NCBI GenBank assembly: GCA_043228905.1
Contig: JBHGNT010000007.1
Coordinates: forward strand, 7,378,001-7,442,000
Reading direction: 5' to 3'
Length of the DNA: 64,000 bases
DNA from: Azolla caroliniana
Lineage: Eukaryota > Plantae > Polypodiophyta
The translations under genes were made by a program, and so were the position numbers. A model generated the notes under the pieces. That model worked only from the letters and a program-made list of their open reading frames with translations. It searched no databases and had not been told where the DNA came from. Below are positions 37,883 through 48,619 of the stretch, in pieces (the stretch's first letter is position 1; each line of letters begins with the position of its first letter).

Positions 37883-40800
37883 ATGGCTGCCATTAACTCA
37901 GAAGAATATCTCACCCTTGTTGCAGAAATGGAGAACCTTAAATCCAAGTTCGCATCTCTTGAAGTAGAGAATCAACGTCTACTTGGGGATCTACAAAAGG
38001 TTACTATAGAGAAGCAACAACAACAAGAGGAGTTCACACGACAAGTGCAACAGTTAGAGTCGACAATCATAGTGTTACAACAACAAAGGGTTGAAGGTCA
38101 GGGACTTATCAAGGAGCCCAAAATTAGCCTCCCAGCTAAATTTGATGGGTCGAGGGCGCATTTCCGAGGTTTTTTGAATCAAGAACGGTTGGTGATTCAA
38201 ATGCATCCCGCACGTTATCCAACAGATGCATCACGAGTCGGGCTAGTGGGCACTTTATTGACTGGCATAGCGTTGTCATGGTTTGCTCCATTGTTAGAGA
38301 CCAATTCTCCTCTATTGAATAATTTCGAGGAATTTATCAAGGAATTTAAGGCTTGTTTCGAAGATACTGATGGGGCGAGAACAGCTATCAACAAGATTCG
38401 TACACTTCGTCAAGGTGATCAACCAGCTTTGACATATGCTGCCAATTTCCGTCTCATCGCAAGCGATATTCCTTGGGATGAACAAGCCCTAATGGAGCAA
38501 TTCCGTTCAGGCCTTCGTAGTGATGTCAAAGACTTACTTCTTACCTTCCCCGAGGATCCAAGGTCACTTACAGAAGCTATTAGTCAAGCAATACGGTGTG
38601 ATAATCGCCTTTTTGAGTGTCGATGTGAGCGACAACAACAAATAACAAGATCAAGATTCACACCAACTTATGCATCAGTAACAACGCAATCATCCCCAAG
38701 GCCAATGTATAGCCCTGCTCCAACTCCAAGGCAAAAACACGTAGTCTAGTCCCAATGGATAGTCCTGCACCCATGGAGATCGACATGACTCAATGACGAG
38801 GACCGTTGTCAGACGAAGAGAAGCAACGTCGTCGAGCAAACCATCTGTGCTTATATTGCGGAGGTCCAGGACATATAGCCATTCATTGCTCCCGTAGGCC
38901 GAGACGTCAGGTAAATCAAATTCACTATGTCAATAAAAATGAGTCCAACATTTTAGAAGCAGTTAGTGAATCTAATATTATGAATAATCCACCCTTGTCC
39001 AATAAATTTGAAGTCCTAAGCCAATTAGAAGAGGAGTCAAACGAATAAGTCCGGCCAAAATAGGAGCCATTTGGTTGGACAACCCTAGATATGTACAACC
39101 TAGTGTGGGTTCCATTTCTTCCAAGCATGTTAGTAGAGTCTTCTCAGTCCTAGTACAAGTTAGGACACCCAGTTGTCAACTTCAAGTCCAAGCCCTCTTA
39201 GATACTAGAGCCAATTCTTGTTTCATGGATAGAGATTTTGCCCAAAAACACCAAATATCCTTGCATACACTTCCTTGTCCAGTTTCCGTAGTAGTGATTG
39301 ATGGACGCCCCATAGCTTCCGAGAAGATATTTGAAGAGTTTGAGCCAATACACATACTCTTGGGTGATTTAGGATGTGTAGTTTCCTTTAACATAATCCG
39401 TAGTCCTGAGCATCCAATTGTCCTCGGTTTGCCATGGTTCGAGCTACATAACCCTAGAATCGATTGGAGGAAGCGAGAAATTAGGTGCCCTTTAGGAGAA
39501 AATATCATTGTCAAGGATTGAACTCGGGATTTTCCTCCTAAAGTATATAGTTCTACCGATGCACCATATCCTTCTCATCAAATTTCAGCCATCACATTGC
39601 AACAATTGTGCCGAGTGGGAGGCAAGGAGGACCTTTTCTTATTTGCAGTATCAGTGACACCTTCTAGTGTCACTCAAGGGAATTCAGACATCCAAATTCC
39701 CAAAAAATATCAAGACTATGTTGATGTTTTCGACAAAGTCAAAGCTAGTGTTCTTCCAAAGCATCGGCCGTACGACTGTCCTATTGATCTCCAACCAGGA
39801 AAAGAGCCATCGTGGGGTCCAATTTACAATTTATCACCCACTGAGCTTGAGGTTCTTCGAGAATACATCGAGGAAAATCTTGCACATGGGTTTATTCGAC
39901 ATTCAAAGTCTCCAACTAGTGCTCCTATCTTTTTTGTGAAGAAAAAGGACGGCTCCCTTCGTTTGGTCGTGGACTATCGAGGCTTAAATAAAGTCACCAT
40001 AAGGAATAGGTATGCTTTACCTTTAATCTCCAATCTCTTAGAACGCATTGGTAGGGCAAAGCATTTTACCAAAATTGATCTAAGGGGTGCATATAATCTT
40101 GTTCGAATTCGGTTGGGAGATGAGTGGAAAACATCATTTCGTACTCGATATGGTCATTTCGAGTATACAGACATGCCTTTCGGGCTCACAAATGCACCTG
40201 CAGTATTCCAACATATGGCAAATGACATCTTCCGGGATTTCTTGGATATTTTTCTAATCATCTACCTAGATGATCTATTGATTTACTCTAAAACACAGGG
40301 GGAGCATGATATACATGTGCGGCAAGTACTTGAACGCCTAAGGAAGTATGGTCTTTATGCCAAACTTGAGAAATGCAGTTTTCATTGCAAACAAGTCGAA
40401 TTTTTGGGATACACTATTTCATCCCAGGGTGTTTTCATGGACCCGGCAAAAGTCCAAACAATATTGGAATGGAAACCCCCATGCTCAGTTCGGGATGTCC
40501 AATGTTTCCTCGGATTTGCGAACTTCTATCGCATATTCATACATAATTATTCAAGCATTGTGTTGCCCCTTACTCAACTCAACAAGAAAAATCAAGCATT
40601 TTTTTGGAGTATCGAAGCGGACAAGGCTTTTACGCAGCTGAAAGAGGCATTCACATCAGCACCCATCCTAGCACATATTGATCCTGAAAAGCCATGTACT
40701 ATTGAGGCGGATGCATCAGACTTTGCATTGGGGAGTATCCTATCGCAACCAGGCGAGGACGGGCAGACACATCCAGTCGCGTTTCACTCGAGAAAATTTA

Positions 40801-42695
40801 CTGTTTCGGAGATAAACTATGAGGTGCATGACAAGGAGTTACTAGTTGTGGTCGACTCATTCGAGCAATGGCGTCATTTTCTAGAAGGATCACCTCATCA
40901 AATTATCATTTATAGTGATCACAAAAATCTCACATATTTTCAAACAACTTGAGTATTAAATAGACGACAAGCTCGGTGGGCCCAATTTCTAACGCGTTTC
41001 GATTTCAAGATCATTTTTCGCCCCGAAAAACAACAAGGGAAAGCAGATCGGCGTTCGTATCTAGAACTTCGACCTGGAGATCCGGCCTTTGACAATTGAA
41101 AGCAGACTCTCCTCGGGCCATCAAAGCTACAGGTAACAACAATTTATGCCACACCACTTGATTCTACCCTTCTTGACACTATTCGGCAACAACTTTACTC
41201 GGATGATTTTGCTAAGGATGTCTTAGCCCACTGTGGTTCAAGTCGTCCATCTTGCTCCACATTGCCAGGGTCATCTCAACATTATCAGGACTTCAAGTAG
41301 CAAGATGGCTTACTCTTCTACAAGAATATCCTTTACGTCCCCAACGGATCAACCCGACTTCAAGTGTTGGAACATTGTCATGATGCCCCCATGGCTGGAC
41401 ATTTTGGTATTTTGAAGACCATTGAGCTGGTGAAACGTTCGTTTTGGTGGCCTCATTTGCAAAAAAAATTCAAAGATTATGTTCGCACTTGTGACACCTG
41501 CTGTCGCGCCAAAGTACCCCGGCATCATCCTTATGGCTTACTACAACCATTACCCCCTCCCAACAAGCCATGGAAGTCTATTTCTATGGATTTCATTACG
41601 GATCTACCACCTTCCAAAGGCTTTGATACTATTTTAACAGTAGTGGATCGGTTCACCAAGATGGCACATTTTGTACCATGTGTAAAGACCATCAATAGTG
41701 AAGAAACTGCAGATCTCATTATGCGTGAAGTGTTTCGCCATCATGGTCTCCCGAATGATATTATTAGCGATCGAGGTCCTCAATTTATCTCACACTTTTG
41801 GAAGCACCTATGGGCAGGCCTCAAAATCTCTTGCAAACTCTTTTCGGTTTATCATCCACAAACTGACGGACAAACAGAGCGCACAAATCAAACGCTCGAG
41901 CAATATCTTCGATGTTTCATTAGTTATCAACAAGATGATTGGAGTAATATTTTACATCTTGCTGAGTTTGCATACAACAACGCGGTCCACTCTTCTACCA
42001 AAGTTGCACCTTTCTTTGCCTACACCGGCAACCACCCTCGATGGTGTATACTGGATCTTCCCGAGGTGTCACGAAACCCTAGTGCGGCGCATCACCTCCA
42101 CCGACTACAACAAATCCAGTTCGAGTTATCGTCACATCTTCAGAAAGCGCAAGCACACCATAAGACCAATGCCGATCGACATCGTCTTAAGTCTCCGTTT
42201 AAGGTTGGTGACTGTGTATGGTTGCTTCGTCGTCACATCAAGACTACCCGACCGTGTGCTAAGCTTGACTATCAACGCTTAGGTCCTTTTGTCATCACGA
42301 CGCAGATTAATGATGCAACATTTCTTCTTAACCTTCCTGCGCATATGCGGCTTCACCCTGTCTTTCATAGCTCTCTTTTGGAACCTTGCCGCACCTCTTT
42401 AATTCCTAATTGTGTCGTGCCACCACCGCCTTCTATACAACTTGTGGACGGCCCCGAATACGAGGTAGCTGCTATTCTTGATTCTAAGATTGTGCGCAAT
42501 AAGCTTTATTATCTAGTTGATTGGCTTGGCTATCCTCCGAGTGATCGCACTTGGGAACCCATCGATAACGTTTGTAATGTTGAAGCTCTGGTCAACGACT
42601 TCCATCGTCACTATCCAAACAAGCCCAGCCCAACAATGTTAACGCCGACTTCCACTCGGCGTTCTCGAAGGAGGGATAGTGTCATGAACACATGA
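37883..42695 (+). pseudogene. Element C gag-pol with chromodomain; several premature stops
   Basis: gag [28 protein letters not shown], RNase H DASD, integrase GPF, chromodomain EYEVAAILD…YLVDWLGY…TWEP. Confidence 0.92.
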
Positions 42696-43264
42696 CCATT
42701 ATGGCGTCACCCGGACTTAAACCTCGAACCTTGTCATCCATACTTGAAAACCTCAACCATTAAGATAGCTTATTGTTATATGAAACAATAAAAGCTACTT
42801 CTTATATTACATTGATTATTGTAAAAACTCTAGATTATTCTAGAATGTTCTAGAATGTCCTAGAGCATTCTAGGTCTAGAACATTCTAGAACATTCTAGA
42901 AATCTCTAAGCTATTCTATAAGAACCTATAAATAAGGGCATACATGTATTCTCAAATCAATTCGAATCAACACCTGTCATAACTAGACTCGAACCCATAA
43001 CCTTTTGTTACACGGGTCGAGACTTTACCATTAGGTTATGAGTTGTAATTTGAAGGATATTATTTTCATTTAGGTTTTATTAGGAAATTGATGTATATTC
43101 CAGATTTCTCTGGAACATTCTAGAAACTTCAGGAGTATTCCTGAAGACACTATAAAAGGAGGCGCAAGGCATTAGTTCGAACCAAATCGGTTCAACGCCA
43201 GTCTTAAGCCTTCTAACTACTGTTGTATATCTTCCGTCATATAATACATATATCTTTCGCATCA

Positions 43265-43314
<50 letters not shown>

Positions 43315-43537
43315 ACTCATTCCTTCTCTCAAAGTTCGACACCTCTCATAGTACTAATCCTTCTCTGTCTTAGTACTATTCCCCAACAATAGTACTAATC
43401 CTTCTTTTAGTACTAATTCCTTCTCTGCCTTAATAGAGTTCCTGACAGTTTGAACCGATTTGCCTCCTACTAGTCTCCCTCTTCCTTCTGTCTCTCTCCT
43501 TTCCTACTAGTCTCTTATTTCCCTTTTCCTTCATCCC

Positions 43538-44707
43538 ATGGCCACCGTTAGCGCTGAAGAGTATCAATCCGTTTTCTCGGAATTTCAATGCTTGAAAGAG
43601 AAGTTTCATGCTTTGGAACAAGAAAATCAACGCTTGTTGGGGGATCTTCAGCAAATTTCCTTAGAAAAGCAGCAAACGCAACAACAGCATGGGGAACTTG
43701 CGTTACGCGTGCAACAACTCGAAGCAACCATCGTAGCAATGCAACAACAAGGGCACGGAGCACAAGGGATTCATAAAGAACCCAAGATTGGCCTTCCCAC
43801 GAAGTTCGATGGAACGCGATCGCAGTTTAGAGGGTTTCTTAACCAGGTACGGTTAGTTATTCAAATGCATCCGTCCCGATATCCCACCGATGCATCACGA
43901 GTGGGTTTAGTAGGCACGTTGTTAACTGGCTCAGCATTAGCATGGTTCGCACCGCTACTAGAAAAGGAATCTCCAGTACTAAATAATTTTGAAGAATTCA
44001 TAAGTGAGTTTAAAGCATGTTTTGGAGATACTGACAGCATAAGGACTGCAATCAACAAAATCCGGCGATTACGCCAAGGTGACCGTCCAGCCTCCGCATA
44101 TGCTGCAGATTTCCGCCTACTCGCCGCCGATATCCCCTGGGATGATCAAGCATTGATGGAGCAGTTCCGCTATGGTCTACGCAACGATGTCAAGGATTTA
44201 CTCTTGACTTTCCCTGAAGAGCCAAAATCATTAACAGAAGCAATCAGTCGAGCGGTCAGATGTGACAACCGCCTCTTCGAGCGACGTTCGGAACGACAAT
44301 TTCAGATGCCGAGGGCAAGATCCGAGCCTACCTATGCCTCAATGGTAGCGAAACCTTTTCAAAGGGAGTCACATAATGCGCCTCCAGTAAGTACTCCAAC
44401 TCCAATAGAAATTGACACTACACGTCGTCGTGGGCCGCTATCGGAGGAGGAAAAGCAACGACGCCGAACAAACCGATTATGCCTTTATTGCGGTGGACCA
44501 GGGCATATCGCGATAAACTGTCCCCATAGACCAAGAAGGCAGGTAAACCAAGTCATTGTTAGTTCTGACTATACTAAACCCGAGTCTATGTCAGTAGGAA
44601 TCTCTGATAATCCTCATAGTCATAATAGTCCTAATAGTACTAATAGTCCGAATCTCGCAAACAAATTTGATGTCCTTAGCCAATTAGAAGAAGAGTTAAA
44701 CGACTAA
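43538..44707 (+). CDS. gag: Element D Gag (389 aa; coiled coil, capsid, CCHC)
   Basis: Uninterrupted ORF; [25 protein letters not shown]. Confidence 0.93.
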   Translation: MATVSAEEYQSVFSEFQCLKEKFHALEQENQRLLGDLQQISLEKQQTQQQHGELALRVQQLEATIVAMQQQGHGAQGIHKEPKIGLPTKFDGTRSQFRGFLNQVRLVIQMHPSRYPTDASRVGLVGTLLTGSALAWFAPLLEKESPVLNNFEEFISEFKACFGDTDSIRTAINKIRRLRQGDRPASAYAADFRLLAADIPWDDQALMEQFRYGLRNDVKDLLLTFPEEPKSLTEAISRAVRCDNRLFERRSERQFQMPRARSEPTYASMVAKPFQRESHNAPPVSTPTPIEIDTTRRRGPLSEEEKQRRRTNRLCLYCGGPGHIAINCPHRPRRQVNQVIVSSDYTKPESMSVGISDNPHSHNSPNSTNSPNLANKFDVLSQLEEELND

Positions 44708-47700
44708 GTCCAGCCAAAATAGGAGCCGTTTGGTTGGACAGCCCTAGATCTGTGCAGCCCATTAGTGGTTCCATTCCCTCTAAGCAAGTTAGTGATGTGT
44801 TCGTAGTCCAAGTAGCAGTTAGTACTAAAAGTACCCCTCCAGTACATACCTTAGCCCTTCTAGATTCCGGAGCTAATTCTTGCTTCATGGATAGGAATTT
44901 TGCCCGAGCTCATCAGATATCTCTAAGAAAGCTCCCATGTCCAGCCTCAGTAGTAGTCATTGATGGTCGTCCCATTGCTTCTGGTAATATCATAGAAGAG
45001 TCGGAACCCGTTAATATTGTCCTAGATAACTTAACATGTGTAGTATCATTTAATATTATTAGTATTCCAGAACATCCCATAGTTTTAGGATTACCATGGT
45101 TCGAGTTACATGACCCAGACATAGATTGGAGGACAAGGGAAATCCGGTTGCGACAAACCCAAGGATCTACCCAGAAGGTTGCAACCATTTCGCTACGTCA
45201 GTTGCGTGAGGAAGGGCGCAAGGAGGAAATGTTTCTCTTTGCAATATCAGTACAACCCTCCAGCACCACCAAAGAGGAGTCCACCGTTCAACTTCCCGAG
45301 AAGTATCGTCAGTATGCTGATGTGTTCGATAAAGTACAAGCCAACACACTTCCTCATCATCGGCCGTACGACTGCGCCATCGACTTACAACCGGGAAAAG
45401 AGCCGCCATGGGGGCCGATCTACAATTTGTCACCAACCGAGCTAGAAGTCCTTCGAGCCTATATAGAGGAGAATTTGGAGAACGGTTTCATTCAGCATTC
45501 GAAATCTCCAGCCGGCGCACCCATTTTCTTCGTCAAGAAAAAAGATGGCTCGCTTCGACTCGTTGTAGATTACCGTGGCTTGAATAAGGTCACAGTAAGA
45601 AATAGGTATGCTCTTCCCCTTATCTCAAGTCTTTTAGAACGGATCAACGGTGCCAGGTTCTTCACGAAGATCGACTTACGAGGAGCCTATAACCTCGTAC
45701 GGATCCGACCAGGAGATGAATGGAAGACCGCGTTTCGCACCAGATATGGGCACTTCGAGTATACGGTCATGCCGTTCGGACTCACTAATGCGCCGGCAGT
45801 CTTCCAGCACATGGCGAATGATATATTTCGAGACCTCTTGGATGATTTTTTGATCATCTATTTGGATGATCTACTGGTTTATTCAAAGACCCAAGAAGAA
45901 CATGATTCTCATGTACTATTAGTACTAAAACGACTTCGAGAACATGGTCTGTATGCAAAGTTAGAGAAATGTAGTTTCGGGTGCAACCAAGTGGAGTTTC
46001 TCGGCTATGTCATCTCCTCAGAAGGCATATCTATGGACCCAGCCAAGGTCAAAACGGTGATAGAATGGCACACTCCGCGTTCGGTGCGGGATGTGCAATG
46101 CTTCCTAGGCTTTGCAAATTTCTACCGGAAGTTCATACAAAATTACTCAAAAATTGTGCTGCCTCTCACACAGCTCACCAGGAAGGGACAATCATTCATT
46201 TGGTCTAAAGAGACGGACATGGCTTTCGAGAGTCTTAAGAAGGCGTTTACATCAGCTCCAATTTTAGGTCATGTGGATCCGGAAAAACCATTCATTATCG
46301 AAGCTGATGCATCGGATTTCGCATTGGGGAGCATTCTGTCACAACAGGGTAACGACGAGAAGCTACATCCTGTGGCTTTCCACTCCCGTAAGTTTGACGC
46401 CGCCGAAATCAACTACGAAATTCATGATAAAGAGCTATTAGCAATAGTTGATTCTTTTATGCAATGGAGGCATTTCCTGGAGGGATCTCCTCATCAGGTC
46501 ACTGTATTCAGTGACCACAAGAACCTTGCCTACTTTCAAGATGCTCGTGTACTGAATCGACGTCAAGCTCGGTGGGCCCATTTCCTCACACGCTTCGACT
46601 TCAAAATTACATATCGTCCGGGGAAGCACCAAGGGAAGGCAGATGCATTATCACGGCGTTCGTATCTAACACCACGTCCCGGTGAGCCAGCTTTCGATAA
46701 CCAGAAGCAAGTAATCTTGGGTCCAGCACGACTGCAAGCAGCACAGATCTTTGACATGCCCGTGGATTCCGACATTACCAATACTATACGTGAGGACTTG
46801 AAGACTGACGCTTTCGCCCAAGCTATACTAGCACAAATTGACCCCTCTCGAGCGTCATGTTCACAATCACAATCACCAGGTACGGATTATCGGCAATTCA
46901 AATACTGTGATGGATTACTCTTCTTTAAAGAACTTTTGTATGTTCCTAATGGTTCTTGCCGCCTTCGAGTAGTACAAAACTGCCATGACACATATACAGC
47001 AGGACATTTTGGTAGTACTAAAACATTAGATTTAGTACAACGATCATTCTGGTGGCCCCGTATGCGACAATTTGTCGAAGATTTTGTTCGGACTTGCGAT
47101 ACATGCTGCAGAGCGAAAATGCCAAGACATCATCCATATGGTTTATTAGAACCATTACCAATTCCAAGCAAGCCATGGCAATCCATTGCTCTTGACTTCA
47201 TTACAGATCTTCCAGTCTCTAAGGGATTCAGTGCGATTCTCACAGTGGTGGATCGATATACGAAGATGGCTCATTTCTTACCATGTACTAAAGAAATATC
47301 TAGTGAAGACACCGCCGAAATTGTCATGCGGGAAGTATGTCGGCATCATGGACTCCCTGATAATATCATCAGCGATCGTGGACCCCAGTTTGTGTCAAAA
47401 TTCTGGAAGCACCTTTTTAAAATGCTGAAGGTCACTTGTAACCTCTCCTCCGGCTACCACCCACAAACCGACGGTCAAGCCGAACGAACAAATCAAACAC
47501 TGGAGCAGTATCTGCGGTGCTTTCTCAACTATCATCAGAATGACTGGGCAGATATTCTTCCGTTCGCCGAATTTGCCTATAATAACGCTATCCACGCATC
47601 GACTAAAGTCACGCCATTCTACGCTTATACGGGATATCATCCCCGGTGGTGTGTCCTTGAAACCCCAGAAGTGTCCACAAATCCTTACGCGGAGGATCGT

Positions 47701-48291
47701 TTGGAGCGGTTACGCAAGATACAAGCGGATTTATCTACTCAACTCCAGCAAGCTCAACAATCACACAAGGACTACGCAGATCGTCATCGACTTCCATCCA
47801 GTTTTAACATTGGAGATCGGGTGTGGCTGCTACGACGACACATCAAGACTACTCGCCCATGTGAGAAGTTGGATTATCGACGATTAGGTCCTTTCCGTAT
47901 TATCGGGAAGATTAATGATGTCGCTTTTCGTCTCGAGCTACCTCCGCAACTTCGGATACACCCGGTGTTTCATAGTTCTCTCCTCGAACCCTATCACGAG
48001 AGCACTATCCCAGGACGTACTATACAACCTCCACCTCCTATCGAGCTCGAAGATGGACCTGAGTATGAGGTCGCTGCCATCCTCGATTCCAAGATTGTTC
48101 GCAACAAGCTCTACTATCTAGTCGATTGGCTAGGATATAGTCCCAGCGAGCGTACTTGGGAACCGATCGAGAATGTGACCAATGCTCGTGCTCTTCTAGA
48201 AGACTTCCATCGACGATATCCCGAGAAACCGGGTCCTCAATCCAAAACGACTCGTGAAACTCGTCGTTTTAAAGGGGGGATAGTGTCATAA
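44680..48291 (+). CDS. pol: Element D Pol (PR-RT-RNase H-IN-chromodomain) in the -1 frame relative to gag
   Basis: Frame open from 44680, overlapping the gag stop; LLDSGA, YLDD, DASD, HHCC, DDE, chromodomain; no stops. Confidence 0.93.
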   Translation, partial: PIRRRVKRLSPAKIGAVWLDSPRSVQPISGSIPSKQVSDVFVVQVAVSTKSTPPVHTLALLDSGANSCFMDRNFARAHQISLRKLPCPASVVVIDGRPIASGNIIEESEPVNIVLDNLTCVVSFNIISIPEHPIVLGLPWFELHDPDIDWRTREIRLRQTQGSTQKVATISLRQLREEGRKEEMFLFAISVQPSSTTKEESTVQLPEKYRQYADVFDKVQANTLPHHRPYDCAIDLQPGKEPPWGPIYNLSPTELEVLRAYIEENLENGFIQHSKSPAGAPIFFVKKKDGSLRLVVDYRGLNKVTVRNRYALPLISSLLERINGARFFTKIDLRGAYNLVRIRPGDEWKTAFRTRYGHFEYTVMPFGLTNAPAVFQHMANDIFRDLLDDFLIIYLDDLLVYSKTQEEHDSHVLLVLKRLREHGLYAKLEKCSFGCNQVEFLGYVISSEGISMDPAKVKTVIEWHTPRSVRDVQCFLGFANFYRKFIQNYSKIVLPLTQLTRKGQSFIWSKETDMAFESLKKAFTSAPILGHVDPEKPFIIEADASDFALGSILSQQGNDEKLHPVAFHSRKFDAAEINYEIHDKELLAIVDSFMQWRHFLEGSPHQVTVFSDHKNLAYFQDARVLNRRQARWAHFLTRFDFKITYRPGKHQGKADALSRRSYLTPRPGEPAFDNQKQVILGPARLQAAQIFDMPVDSDITNTIREDLKTDAFAQAILAQIDPSRASCSQSQSPGTDYRQFKYCDGLLFFKELLYVPNGSCRLRVVQNCHDTYTAGHFGSTKTLDLVQRSFWWPRMRQFVEDFVRTCDTCCRAKMPRHHPYGLLEPLPIPSKPWQSIALDFITDLPVSKGFSAILTVVDRYTKMAHFLPCTKEISSEDTAEIVMREVCRHHGLPDNIISDRGPQFVSKFWKHLFKMLKVTCNLSSGYHPQTDGQAERTNQTLEQYLRCFLNYHQNDWADILPFAEFAYNNAIHASTKVTPFYAYTGYHPRWCVLETPEVSTNPYAEDRLERLRKIQADLSTQLQQAQQSHKDYADRHRLPSSFNIGDRVWLLRRHIKTTRPCEKLDYRRLGPFRIIGKINDVAFRLELPPQLRIHPVFHSSLLEPYHESTIPGRTIQPPPPIELEDGPEYEVAAILDSKIVRNKLYYLVDWLGYSPSERTWEPIENVTNARALLEDFHRRYPEKPGPQSKTTRETRRFKGGIVS

Positions 48292-48573
48292 CTAGACTCG
48301 AACCCATAACCTTTTGTTACACGGGTCGAGACTTTACCATTAGGTTATGAGTTGTAATTTGAAGGATATTATTTTCATTTAGGTTTTATTAGGAAATTGA
48401 TGTATATTCCAGATTTCTCTGGAACATTCTAGAAACTTCAGGAGTATTCCTGAAGACACTATAAAAGGAGGCGCAAAGCATTAGTTCGAACCAAATCGGT
48501 TCAACGCCAGTCTTAAGCCTTCTAACTACTGTTGTATATCTTCCGTCATATAATACATATATCTTTCGCATCA

Positions 48574-48619
<46 letters not shown>

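Noticed and set aside
44734-44736. TTG as the pol start codon
   Set aside because: ORF-caller artefact; the frame is open from 44680 and overlaps gag at a slippery site.
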